Assembly (NCBI GenBank): GCA_951406725.2
Contig: OX597816.1
Location: 105,772,001 to 105,836,000 of the forward strand
Length of the DNA: 64,000 nucleotides
From: Octopus vulgaris
Lineage: Eukaryota
Reading direction: 5' to 3'
The notes under the pieces are model-generated. The model had not been told where the DNA came from, did not search any database, and saw nothing but the letters and a program-made list of their open reading frames with translations. Of the stretch, positions 51,292-64,000 are shown piece by piece; the first letter of the stretch is position 1, and each line of letters opens with the position of its first letter. Both the position numbers and the translations under genes were made by a program.

Positions 51292-51826
51292 ATCATATCA
51301 TCATCATAATCGTTGTTTAACGTCTGCTTTCCATGCTGGCATGGGTTGGACAGTTTGACATAGACTACAGTTATAGTCTTACTTGGCTTGACAGGTCTTC
51401 TCAAGCACAGCATATCTCCAAAGGTTTTGGTCACTAGTCATTGCCTTAGGGAGGCCCAATGTTTGAAGGTCATGCTTCACCACCTCATCCCAGGTCTTCC
51501 TGGGTTTACCTCTTCCACAGAGTCCCTCTACTGCTAGGGTGTGGCACTTTTTCACACAGCTCTCCTTGTCCATTCGCAACACATGACCATACCAGCACAG
51601 TCGTCTCTCTTGCACACCACATCCGATGCTTCTTATGTCCAACTTTTCTCTTAGGGCACTTACGCTTTGTCGTGTATGCACACTGACATTACACATCCAG
51701 CAGAACATACTAGCTTCATTCCTTGCAAGCTTACGCCTGTCCTCAGCAGTCACAGCCCATGTTTCTCTGCCATGTAGCATGGCTGTTCGCACACATGCAT
51801 CATACAGTCTACCTTTTACTCTGAGC
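51292..51826 (-). mobile_element. 5'-truncated RTE LINE (ORF C-terminus, shortened 3' UTR, (GAT)n tail)
   Basis: SLRVKGRLYDACVRTAMLHGRETW...RRLCWYGHVLRM...GRGKPRKTWDEVVKHDL...LWR is the typical RTE C-terminus. Confidence 0.93.
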
Positions 51827-53922
51827 GATGTGACAAAATTGAATAAATGAATAAGCGACAATAGTAAATGCACATGAAAGGAACTTAAGTTTGTGTATAT
51901 ATATATATATATATATACAAATGCATATATATATATATATATATATGCATAAGAGCTACTAATAGTTTCATACATGGAAACATGATAATTAAGTAGTACC
52001 TGAAGGATTGCTTCAAGATACAAGGCACATTATATAAATCTGCTAAGTTATCATGTTTCATTGCATAAAACAATCAATAGTTCTTATTTAAATAATGTGT
52101 ATATTAAATGATAATTATCTCTCCTACCTATAATATAACAATAAACTATATGAATACATATACTTACATACGTATATGCACTCACACTCATACATATATA
52201 TCATCAAAAATATATAAATATTAGCAAAAACTAAATCTGCTTCCATAAATAATGCTCTATATAAGTTTTGAAAGAAGTAGACTAACGCGTTAGTAAGAAT
52301 AAAGAATTACTGTACTCCTTAATCACAAGATTAATAATGAAGTTATAAAATAGGTAGACTATAAACTTGCCTCTTTGGGTAGGTAACCGTAGGAGGTTAC
52401 ACTTAAATCTTAACCACCCTAGATCTACTGATTATTTCAGGTGAGGTTCTGAACTACAACATTTAAATACATGTAATTTTTCCTTCTGCCTGTTACATAA
52501 ATATATGTACATCAGATGGTTACCATATATTCTAGTGTGTTTGTATTGCTGTAGTGCTGCAACTCTAGTTCTTACACTTAACATTAAAGTACAGATGTGT
52601 TGGTATATAGTGTTAAACTTAAGGTAATCTGTGTTTCCATACATATACTTCTGTAAAACCATATAGATATATTTCGTCATGTGTATTCATTATGTCATGT
52701 TAATTTTCTATTTTGTTTCTTTTACTTTCATGTAACCTCACATAAGAATATTTATTCTTGTTAGAATATTTAGATATGTGTGTATATTAGTGTGTCAAAG
52801 AAATGAAGGTCAAACAAAAGAATTGATGTAGAAAGATGGATGAATGGATGCATGCATATATATTTGTTTATATATTTATGCACATGTACAGATATGTGTG
52901 TGTGTATGTACATGTCTGTGTATATATGTGCATATGTGTGTGTGTATGTACATGTCTGTGTATATATGTGCATATGTGTGTGTGTATATATGTATGTCAG
53001 TGTATGGGTAACTGTTTGGTACATACATGGAAATGTAGGTTTATCTGCATGCAAGTTGCATATGTACTTGTATGCATGCATACATGCTAAGCCTTAAGTG
53101 TACCAGATGATTGTATGCATCTAAGTGAAGTTCATTCAATCTATGAGTGTCGGTGTTGCCATGTAAGTATCTGCATATACTTATATATTATCTATGTCCA
53201 TTTATTTATATATGGTCACGAGTGAATATGTGTCCTGCTACTTGTCAATGTGCATATAAATAAATTTAGGTGTAATAAGAACATATAACAAATATGTATT
53301 ACATTAGCATATTTGTATGTGTCTGTGTATACACACACACACACACAAGCATACAGAATTTTTTTGTGTGTGTGTATGTATGTATGTATGCATGTATGTG
53401 TGTGTGTCTGTGTGTGTAAATGCTGATGTGAAAAGTGTGTAAATAATGTATCAATATGTATGGTGGTTATAACAATTGGTATAGTATACATATGGTTTTA
53501 AGTGTATATGTGTAGGTGTTTATCTATTTATAGCTTTCGTCATTTGTATACATTTAAAAAGTTCTCTCTCTCAATGCCAAATATCCACCATTCATCTATC
53601 GCTACTTCTGCTTAATTCAACTTCACTTTTATGAATTCTTTCACTTATTAGATAGCATTATTATTATAATGATGAGTTTAATAATTTATGAAAACATTTG
53701 ACTATTACTTTTTCTAAACACTATGTCATTTCTTCTTCCACTCTCTCTTTCTTTATTTCTTCCTTCCTTTCTGTCTTTCCTTCCCCTTCTCCTCTATTCT
53801 ATAAAGTTTTTATTCAGCTTTCATACAGATTTAGATTACTTGATTTGAAAAGATCAACTATAAGAATTGAAACAAAATTATACTATGCATCTGACGGGGT
53901 AGTAGTACTTTATATATACATA

Positions 53923-54128
53923 AGGAGGTGCTGAAAAGTTCCTAGCTTTGGATGAAAGAAAGGGGGATCAGTTAATTATGATTTTAGTCAACATATTCTC
54001 ATCTCAGATTCTCACAGTTATTGCAGTGGTCCTTCAGTTTTCCTATGCCCTGTAAAAGAACTTGGAAGGTTGGGCCTCCAACCAGACCTTTCACAATACC
54101 CTTAAAGCCAGGAACTTTTTAGCACGCC
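53923..54128. mobile_element. Mariner-derived MITE
   Basis: gtgctgaaaagttcctagcttt and aaagccaggaactttttagcac are imperfect TIRs; TA on the left. Confidence 0.75.
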
Positions 54129-54492
54129 ATCAGCCCTTCAGCAACCACTCATCCTGATAAACTCAGTGACTACTACTAAATTCAGGCCAAAACAGACAGA
54201 GAGGATGTTCTTGAAGCTGAGAATTTGAACTTATGGAGATAATATTTACATATTCTCTGAGGAAAAACAACTAGATGCCATAATGCAGGGAAATGGTTGC
54301 ATAATCAAGTACCTGCATGTGTGGAGAACTACATTGTATAGAAACAATTATAATGATTAAAAAATAAATGTCCAACTGTACTACTTTTTGACTCCATTTT
54401 TTTCAGTTACACATAGGTGGTGCTATTAAGTTAGACATGGCCTGGGCATATACTGGCCAAAACCTATCAAAGTTTTATATATATATATATAT

Positions 54493-55590
54493 AAGGAGAA
54501 TTCACAAAAAAACAAAAGACAAAGACAGGTAGTGTAGACAATAAACAGATGTATTATTTTAACGCTTGGGATGTGAAAAAGTCTTTAATGTTTTGAGCTT
54601 ATGCTCTTCCACAGAAAGGAACACAGAAAGAAACAAGGAGAGAAAATGTGTGATGGCTAGCGATCTATCATGGTAAATGCCAGACAGAAGGGTTACACAG
54701 GAGAGCTAGGAAGAAGGGGAAATAACAAAGAAGTGGTGATCCCAAAACGAAGGTGTGCATGTGTGTGTATAAGAGAGTATGTATGTGCATGTAGAAGAGG
54801 GCTGGTGACCTTGACGTGTGCGTGTATGTATGTCTAGGTGAAGTTGTGGGGCTGGGAAGTGGTTAGTGCTAGTGTGTGCATGGTGTTGTGATGTGATGTG
54901 TTGTATGGTATGGTGGTGTATGATGTAGCGGTGTGTGGTGTGGTGTAATGGTGTTGAGAGGTGAGAGTGAGGAAAGCAAGGGTGGGGTGTGGGTTAGGCT
55001 GGGGGTAGAGGTGGAGTATATGGGTAAGCAGAGGTGGGGTATGTGGGAGTGGATGTAAGGGATGGGGTGGGTGGGAAGGATAGGGAAGGTGGGGTTGAAA
55101 TATGTAGGGATGGGGTGGGGTTACAAGGGAGGGGTGACGATGAAGGCAGGGAAGGAGAAGGTGGGTAGGAGTGAAGAGAAGACAAAGAAAGTAGGAGTGA
55201 AGAGAAATAGGAGTCAGAGCAAGAGAGGAGAGATGGATGGGATGAAGTAGGTGTGAGGGGGAGAGAGGTGAAGGGAAGAGGTTAGATGAAGAGGGGAGGA
55301 GAGTTGAGCCCATGTGGTGCAAAGGAGTGAAGAGAGAAGATTAATCCCTGTTCACGGTGCAAACGGGAGTCTGGATAGCCACTGTGCAAAGACAATCTGA
55401 ACACGGATAGGTGTTGCAAAGAGTGACCAGTAGAATGGAAACAGTGTGAGACAGGTGTGTCATTGCTGAGTCGGATGTCTCAGAGGTGTTCCACGAACTG
55501 GTCAGCCAAGTGGTGTCCCGTTTGCCCGATGTACAGAGAAGGGCAGAGAGAGCAGGTGATACAGTAGATGACATTGGTAGAAGTGCAGGT
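54493..55590 (-). mobile_element. Penelope-like element 3' portion (Neptune-like GIY-YIG, pyrimidine-rich UTR, pLTR)
   Basis: Minus ~55290-55590 encodes CTSTNVIYCITCSLCPSLYIGQTGHHLADQFVEHL*...PVSHCF...HREQGLIFSLHSFAPHGLN; the end matches 58113-58300; inserted in (TA)n. Confidence 0.9.
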
Positions 55591-55961
55591 ATATCTATAT
55601 ATATAAAACGAAGTAAATCTTGTGAAGACAAAACTTAATTAACAGAATAGAACACAGGATTCTACTACCATCAAGAATGTAGCCATGCTCAATATAACAA
55701 AAAGAGAAAGTAGGGGCTTTATGTACCATTTAGAACAGTGAAAGTCTTTGTAACTCAAGAATAGTTTTCAGTAGTAGTGACCATGAAATAAATTCCTTCA
55801 CGTGCTTGGAAGGCTCCCTAAAAATAGTTTGTAATTTCTGTTACAAAAGTAATCTAATTAGCATTAGAGAGGTAGGTGTTTCACACAGTGGAAAAGTTCA
55901 AAGTGTTATTACCTCTGCTGGAACAAAGGGATTTTCTCTACAGATTATGTGATACTTCTAT

Positions 55962-56310
55962 ATAAAGTGCAATGTTGCATGGTAGCAAAACACAGGTACT
56001 GAATGCAGAGGATGAGCCAACAAAGGATGTGCAATGTTAGTGTGTATGAATAGTAAAGCACAAATGAACTGACAAAGAGACTGATTATAAGAGGAATCAG
56101 ATGTAGCATCTAAGACAGAAATCTGTGCTGGTTCAGAGATCTGATGTGTATAGAGAATGACAGTTGAGCAAAGGGATGCCAAACAATCCAAGTGAAAGAG
56201 GAAGAGTGGGGAAATTATGAGAAGTAAAGAAGTTGATATTAATATCTTCATGAGGAAGATGAAGCAATACTATAATATATGGCAAAACACTATGCTAGGG
56301 AAGACATATC
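55962..56310 (+). pseudogene. Old RTE LINE C-terminal fragment
   Basis: SAMLHGSKT, MCNVSV and IRGIRCSI*DRNLCW are collinear with the RTE ORF at 51379-51826. Confidence 0.7.
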
Positions 56311-56882
56311 AAACCTATTTTCTAAGCAAGGAAGAAGAAGAGGAGGTATAAATATTTGGTAGATTTTGAACATGCTAATATGTCAAAATATTTAAATCTA
56401 TTTCCTTCATAATTTAGGAAGCAATAAAATTTACTTCATCTTACCACAGATCTACTGCAAGTTTTCTATAGAAAATTTCCCCTGTGACTAATGTTATAGA
56501 AGATTATAATATCCATATCCATTTATAGTACTGGTTTATTAATAAAAGACCATGCATTAAACACACACCATTAAGTATTTTAGAATGGTGTCTAATCTGA
56601 ATTGGAATATAACTGGTCCAAAGTAACACTGAAAATATTAGTTTGCTATCAGAGATAAATTAAAAAGTTTTACTTTGCTCAAGTCACTCATTAAAAAATC
56701 AGTGATAAATAGGAGGACAAGACTTTTCCATGAATATGTACACTCATACATGTGTGTGTGTGTGTGTGTGTGTGTATTTACATGCATATATAGAAATTTG
56801 TGTGTGTATACACACACACACATGTATATATATACACATGTGTATACGTATATATAGATATATGTATATATGAGTGTGTATA

Positions 56883-56943
<61 letters not shown>

Positions 56944-57036
56944 GAGAAAGAAGCAACATATATATATACATGTATGTACATATATGTCTATATATACACA
57001 CAAACACACACACATATATATATATATGTACATATA

Positions 57037-57082
<46 letters not shown>

Positions 57083-57087
57083 CATAT

Positions 57088-57672
57088 ATCATCATCATCA
57101 TCATCATCATCATCGATTAACGTCCATTTTCCATGCTCCCATGGGTTGGATGTTTGACTGCAGCCTGGGAAGCCAGGAGGCTGCACGAGACCCCAATCTG
57201 GTTTGGCAGTGTTTCTACAATTGGATGCCCTTCTTAACACCAACCACTCCAAGAGTGTAGTGGATGCTTTTTATGTGCCACCAGCACAGGGGCCGGAGGA
57301 GCTGGCATTGACCATGATTGGATGGTGCTTTTTACATGCTACTGGCACAGGGCTTACAACTACAATTCCATTTGATTTGATTTTTATATTGCTGATGGTA
57401 TTGATGTTGATGTACTTGACTCAATAGGTTTCCTCAAGCATGGCATGTCACCCTATGATCCACGGTACTTTTCAATGGGCTTGTTATGTGACACTAGCGT
57501 AGGTTACAACCTTGGACTCACTTTATTTACCAGGTCTTCTGAGTCACAGCATACCTCCAGAAGTTTCTATCTTTTGTCATTACCTCTGTGAAACCCAACA
57601 TTCAAAGGTCATGCTTCACCACTTCATCTCATGTTTTCCTGGGTTTCCCTCTACCCCAGATTCCTTCCACTG
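57088..57672 (-). mobile_element. RTE LINE 3' end with long 3' UTR
   Basis: EGIWGRGKPRKT*DEVVKHDL...FWRYAV followed by ~440 nt of UTR and (GAT)n. Confidence 0.88.
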
Positions 57673-57739
57673 TTTGGGGGCATATAAACATATATGTACA
57701 CATATATATATAAACATATATGTACATATATATATACAC

Positions 57740-57787
<48 letters not shown>

Positions 57788-57828
57788 ATATACACACACA
57801 CATATACATGCAAGTATATATACGTATA

Positions 57829-57874
<46 letters not shown>

Positions 57875-58025
57875 TATAGACACAAGTACATGTGTGTATG
57901 TCTGCATATTTATATGCATATATAGAATTTTGTGTGTACACACAAACACACACACATATATATACATATATATGTATATGTATATATACATATGTCTATA
58001 TATATGTACATATACAAGTATATAA

Positions 58026-58083
<58 letters not shown>

Positions 58084-58112
58084 ACATATATATATATATT
58101 ATATATACATAC

Positions 58113-58300
58113 ATCATGATAGATCGTTAGCTCCTAAACGCATTTTTTTCTCTCCTTGTTTTTTTCTGTGTATCTTTCTGTTGAAGAGCGTAGGCTCAAA
58201 ACGTAAAAGACTTTTTCTATTCCTGAGTGCTATACTAATACATTTGTTTGTTTGTACTCCACCTGCCTTCGTCTTTTGTTTATTTTCATAAACTTTCCCT
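58113..58300 (+). mobile_element. Solo PLE pLTR-like fragment with variant hammerhead
   Basis: Reverse-complement homolog of 54493-54672; tcttt CTGTTGA a GAGC gtag GCTC AAAA CGTA aaaga at 58173-58210. Confidence 0.78.
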
Positions 58301-58375
58301 TTATATATAAACATATATACAAATATACATATATATATTTGTATATACATACATATACACACACATATACATGTA

Positions 58376-58420
<45 letters not shown>

Positions 58421-58997
58421 GCACATACACATATATGCATACACACACACATTATATATATATAGACACATGTACATGCATTTACACACACACACACAAT
58501 TTTATATATGTGTGTAAGCCTGTGTGTTCTCATTATTTATAACAAATATTAAATTATTTCAATAATTGAATTAGTTTGAAACCCATAAATATATGCACCA
58601 AAAACCCAAATATTTATAAATCAATTTGTTAAATTTCATTTTGAAAATTAATGGCCCTTACTGTCATTAAAAGTTTTATTAAAATGTTGGAAACTAGCAA
58701 ACAGTATTCAACAGAATTCCATTTAGAATATAATCCATTATAGATAACAGAAAATTTTCTTAAATGTAAAAAATAGAGAACATAAATATATTTCATGAAA
58801 TTTGAAATGTCAGATTTATATCTTACAACATTGACTTTGAAATAGAAAGTAGCTACAATAATTATATTTTACATTGGAATGTTTGTGAAGAAAAAGAACA
58901 CAAATTAGTTGTCCCACTATACTTTATTGGAACCAATAAAAGACTTTTTCTAAGGGCTTAGTTAAATAGATTGGTGGGTTTAAATGGAAGAAAATAC

Positions 58998-59078
58998 TTT
59001 GACTTATGAGTTGCTACAGTAGGACTTAGCTCATCAATGTAGTGAGTTGTCCTCAGATTGGAGACATAGTCAGAATAC
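58998..59078 (-). CDS. Candidate internal exon (81 nt, phase 2 to 2)
   Basis: Acceptor ttgattcttttgcAG, frame YSDYVSNLRTTHYIDELSPTVATHKS, weak donor AAA|GTATTT. Confidence 0.22.
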
Positions 59079-59391
59079 CTGCAAAAGAATCAACTCCACA
59101 AAGGTACCTGGGCCTAAGGTAGTGATGCTAAACTGAGTGACAGATTAAATGTACCACCCAAGAACAAGTACAGTCTATCCAATGAGATTTTTGTGCTATT
59201 TTCATCAGCTCCTTTTCACCTGCTTCACTTGGGTCATCCTGAGGATATAGTAGAATATGAATGACCAAGTTGCTATGCATAGGATTAAATCCACAACCAT
59301 ATTGCTGTAAAGTGAACTTTTAGACCACATAACCATACATGTATGCAAAAAAACATCTTGGACCAATAAAATGTTCACAAGACTGAGAGAA

Positions 59392-59962
59392 CAGGTATGG
59401 CTGTGTAGTTAAAGAAGATCACTTCACAACTACATGGTTTCAAGTTCGGTCCTACGGGGTCACCTTGGGCAAGTGTCTTTTACTATATCCCTGGGTCAAT
59501 CAAAGCCTTGTGAGTGGATTTGATAGATGAAAGCTGGTTGTTTACATATCTGTATGTATATGTACACACACACACACACGTCTATATGTGTACATGTGCT
59601 TTTGTAAGCACAAGTGTATTTCCCTTGCATTCACTAGTTTGTAAGCAATGGCTTCCTAGCAGTGTTATTTGCTTTTAGTCAACCACAAAATTGTTCTTTG
59701 GATTTCTTAACAGGTCTTGGCATGTTACATGATCTTTGTAAACAAAGTGTTTATTCATACAGCCTCATTTGTTTCCAGTTCCCAATATAAAGTATTCTCA
59801 GGCTGTGAGTTGTTTGAGAGACTGAGGGATTATTACCCTCTTTGGAAACAAGTGATGGTTCATGGCAGGAAGGGCATTTAACCATAGAAAACTTTGCTCC
59901 AATGTATTCTCATTTGATCCATGCAAGAATGGAAAAGTATAAGCTAAAATGATAATAATGAT
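59392..59962 (+). mobile_element. SINE with family B head and RTE-like 3' tail
   Basis: Head ggctgtgtagtt...caccttgggcaagtgtctt; tail ggcaggaagggcatt...ccatgcaagaatggaaaag...gatg resembles the RTE terminus. Confidence 0.6.
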
Positions 59963-62604
59963 GGAGAATGCAAAGCTCAAATAGTATAAATGACATATAT
60001 AAAAAATAAAACTGAAGTTATATCATTTTGGTTTAAATTAATTTCAAAATATTTATTTCACATATAATATCATCAACAAGATACTTTTGCTTATTATTGC
60101 TAATTTACATAACACAAAATCACAAGATGACATGCTAGTAAAAATATAAAATTATGAATGGTATTGAACTGAAATTGATTGATATTTGGAGTGACTTATC
60201 AGAACCTTCAAAATAGATATCATAAATCAGATATTAAGCTACTACAATCAGTTAGGAATCAATTGTATTACCTTTCGTGAGATCACAAAAGAAGAGGAAA
60301 TGTTTAATTCTTTTGATACGAACCTGCCAGAGACAGTCCCTAACTCTATGATACAAACACCTTGCTTTGAAGTGATCTAAATTAAAAAAACTTCCACCAA
60401 TAAGTTATTTTACTAAATCCTCCAATATTTTCAGAGTTAATTGAAACAAAGGCAGTAAAGGAGACTTGAAGTTTAGTTCATTTCCACTTGAAAAGGAATT
60501 TAAAAACAAATAATTACATGATGAATAGTCTCTATGTCTGAGATGAGTTGTTAATAAGGTTACACTTTTTCAACCTATTAACCACATCTTTAGCAATGAA
60601 AACATTATTAATATTTACAATGGTATAATTTGATCAGTTTGATCTCAAATTGCTCTCATGTGTCTTATTCATAGATGCGTACATAATAATATTCCATTAA
60701 TCTAGTACTCAGTGATGTGACAGAGCTAACTGTCCACTACTTTCTTTTAGCTCTTCATAATTTTTTCCCTAAGCCTCATCAGTAGTTACCAGCATGATTC
60801 TATCACTGTGTGCAACTAAATTGAAAATAACAGTGGCCAACACCTAAGTATTTATATATTTCACATTCTTTAGTGAAAACATCTCCCAGTGTGATTGAAC
60901 GAAGCCAATTTGGGAAAAGTCTGTGGGTTAAAGTAAGTAACAGTCCCATTGCATCACAAAATTGAAATAATACATTTGAAAAGCGGTGAAACCTTTATAT
61001 ATAACTTAGGTTCTTACACAATTTATGGAATGATAAAAAGCTAATACAAATTATGGGTCATTCAATGACAAGCAACAATGTTGATGTGTAGTGAATATTT
61101 AAAAAAGAAAAAAACTTTAGAACTAGATGCAGTGCATAGCAATAAAAAAAAAATGGTTTCAAGGTCAATAGTCATTGAAAATACCAAGCAATTATACAAA
61201 GATAAGAGGGTATCACAGAGATTTGTGTTTTTATAGTTGAGTAGCTGAGAAACTTTGAAATATAACATGACATTTGTAAACTTAATTTAACCAGTGAAAA
61301 GGTGGAAATTATTGAGGCTACTGAAAAATATAGTTTCATATTCTATAACCTGGTTAAAAAGCATAGTTTTGTTTTGTTTTTTTTCTACTTTTTAAAGTTC
61401 CAATAGACTGGAATGTTTGATAATCCAGAATGACCCATGTCCAAAGAGTAACACACTAGAGGAACTTGTTCCAAACTGGATTCAAACCATGAAATTGTAT
61501 TTCTAAATTAAGGAGAAAAACACTTTTATTACCAAAAGAAAACACATCGTCAGTAATACATCAGTGGCCTACAGGTTGATACTTTGTGCATATCCCAGAA
61601 TTAGATACTTGAAGAGTATTGGAAACTAAACCAATGGAACTAAAACATAGTATAAATATTAAAAAAAGTTTCATTTCAAAGGATAAGGCTACTAGTCCAA
61701 AAACATAAACAATCTTATAAATAATTAAATAATTACTTCAACATATTTAAGTCCTCTTCAGCAAAAAATACAGAAGTCAAAGAAAAGCAAAATGGATAAG
61801 CCATGATACCTACAACACATAAAAAATGTGTTATACTTCTGAAAATAAACTACTTTAAATCACCTATGACTAGCTGTCAGAGATAGCTAAAGACATTAAT
61901 CTGTTACTGTCAGGATACTATGAACAAACCCAACTCAATGATATGGATGAGGTTGACCACAATACTGTAAGCAAACTCTCAATATATAAGACTGCACATC
62001 TGAAAATAGACATAGAATATTTACTAATGAAAATTAATCAATACTGCAATACTGGAATATATGGACAAATACATTTACACATTTCAGCAACAGGTTTAGG
62101 CATACGTATCTGCATGCACACAAGCACACACACAAGCACACACACACACATGCACACATGTGCACGCACACACACGCACACATTGAAACATATATATTTG
62201 TACACTTTTTAGTCTTCGCTAGTTACAGGCCTGTATGCTGAGATTGTACATGTGGTCATAAGATGTGTGTGTATGTATATATAAAGATGATTCGTCTGTA
62301 CATGCCTTTAATAGGGAAGTGACATCAAACAGTATCCTGATATGCCTACTACTACTACTACATCATGATAGTATCTGATGTCACTATTGTACAACAGTAT
62401 TCAGCTGCTATGCAGTTAAGTATTCTATTTTACCTTTGTGTGATTACAGGTTAAATGTGTGCAAAGATATTTGGATGAATCCCTATACCTAAGTATAAAT
62501 GGATTCAGATGTTCACAGCAATATTCACATATCATTACATCCTCCCTTAATCACACTATCACTTTTATACACATCTATATAGTCATATCCATGCTTTAGC
62601 TTCT

Positions 62605-62847
62605 ATCTTTTACTTGTTCCAGTTATTAGACTGCGGCCATGCTGGGGCACTACTGTAAAGAATTTTTAGTTGAATGAACTGATCCCAGAACTTATGTTTT
62701 TTTTTTATTTTTTAAGCCCGGTACTTATTCTATCAGTCTCTTTTGCCAAACTGCTAAGTTACAGGGAATTAAACACACCAACACCATTGTCAAGTGTAGG
62801 TGGGGGACAAACTGACACACAAACACAGAGGTGTACACACACGCGCG

Positions 62848-62887
<40 letters not shown>

Positions 62888-63321
62888 AGAGATAATGGTG
62901 TCATAAATATTCTTTTATTCATTTACTTGTTTCAGTCATTTGACTGCAACCATTCTGGAGCACCACCTTGAAGGGTTGTAGTTGAACAAATTGACCCCAG
63001 GACTTATTTTTAAGCCTAATACTTATTCTATCGATCAATTTTGCCAAATTGTTAAGTTACAGGTAAGTAAACACACCAACACTGGTTGTCAAGTGATGGT
63101 GGGGGAACAAACACAGACACAAAAACACACACACAAATATATATACATATATGTACGACAGTCTTCTTTCAGTTTCCATCTACCAAATCCACTCACAAGG
63201 CTTTAGTTGGCCCAGGGCAATACTTGAAGACATTTGTCCAAGGTGCCCGCACAGTAGGACTGAACCCAGAACTATGTGGTTGGGAAGCAAGCTTTTTTAC
63301 CACACAGCCATGCCTGTGCCT
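62605..63321 (-). mobile_element. Two adjacent family B SINEs (62605-62880 partial, 62912-63321 full)
   Basis: Both collinear with 771-1163. Confidence 0.85.
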
Positions 63322-63351
63322 AAGTACATATATATATATATATATATATAT

Positions 63352-63930
63352 ATCATCATCATCATCATTGTTTAACATCCGTTTTCCATGCTAGCATGGG
63401 TTGGACAGTTTGACTGGAGACTAGCAAGCCAGAGGCTGCACCAGGCTCCAATCTGATCTGGCATGGTTTCTACAACTGGATGCCCTCCCTAATACCAACC
63501 ACTCCAAGAGTGTAGAGGGTGCTTTTTACTTGCCACCAGCATGGGAGCCAGTCAGGCAGTACTGGCATCAACCATGTTCAGATGGTGTTTTCTATATGCC
63601 ACCAGCACAGGAGCCAGTCAGTGGGGGACTGGTATTGACCACATTCAGATGGTATTTTTTACATACCACCAGCACAGAGAAGCCAGTCAGCAGCACTGGC
63701 ATCAACCTATGCTTGAATGGTGCTTATTATGTGCCACCATCAGGCAGCACTGGCACTGGCCACCACTACAATTTCCAATTGATTTCAATCTTGATTTGAT
63801 TTTGATTTTTGATTTTACTTAACTCAATAGGTCTCCTCAAATGTAGAGTATTGTCCAATAATTCGAGGGTACTTTTTAAATGGGCTGGTTATGCAACACT
63901 GGTACAGGCTAATGGCTGTGATCTCACTTT
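63352..63930 (-). mobile_element. RTE LINE 3' UTR with expanded ~60-bp internal repeats
   Basis: Collinear with 57088-57530; the ccaccagca...gccagtcag...ctggcat unit occurs about four times. Confidence 0.85.
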
Positions 63931-64000
63931 ATTATTATCATCAACTTCATACACTTAACATATATGCTCTGTGTATTTGCTGGTAGGTTATGATTTGGTG

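Larger units (their letters stand above)
56745..58500. repeat. Extended (TA)n/(CA)n/(TG)n field hosting two insertions
   Basis: Directly visible; source of the many [11 protein letters not shown]-track entries. Confidence 0.95.

Noticed and set aside
54834-55322. 162-aa Pro/His-rich ORF
   Set aside because: It is the pyrimidine-rich 3' UTR of the Penelope-like element.
56638-58542. Many overlapping ORFs of YIYI, CVCV and THTH type (also near 7500, 37700, 42100, 47300 and 52900)
   Set aside because: Stop-free read-through of dinucleotide microsatellites; no protein signal.

Overview
AT-rich, repeat-dominated eukaryotic DNA. The SINE families, (TA)n/(CA)n/(AAT)n/(GAT)n fields and transposon mix look like an octopus (coleoid cephalopod) genome; this is recognition, not a search result. 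There is no intact long ORF, and most ORF-track entries are microsatellite read-throughs. Recognisable content: several tRNA-derived SINE families; fossils of RTE, CR1 and R4/Dong LINEs; three Penelope-like (PLE) lineages; a near-complete Charlie/Buster-type hAT with nested insertions; pogo, Tc1 and mariner remnants; piggyBac-type and other MITEs; and a complete non-autonomous Helitron. Four candidate minus-strand exons join in compatible phases and may belong to a host gene with very large introns (tentative resemblance to the MEI4 C-terminal half, from memory only). The most striking object is a ~396-bp spacerless palindrome (26221-26616) with a type I hammerhead ribozyme motif in each arm. 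A second, older foldback of similar design lies at 37991-38210, and further hammerhead motifs sit in the PLE ends.
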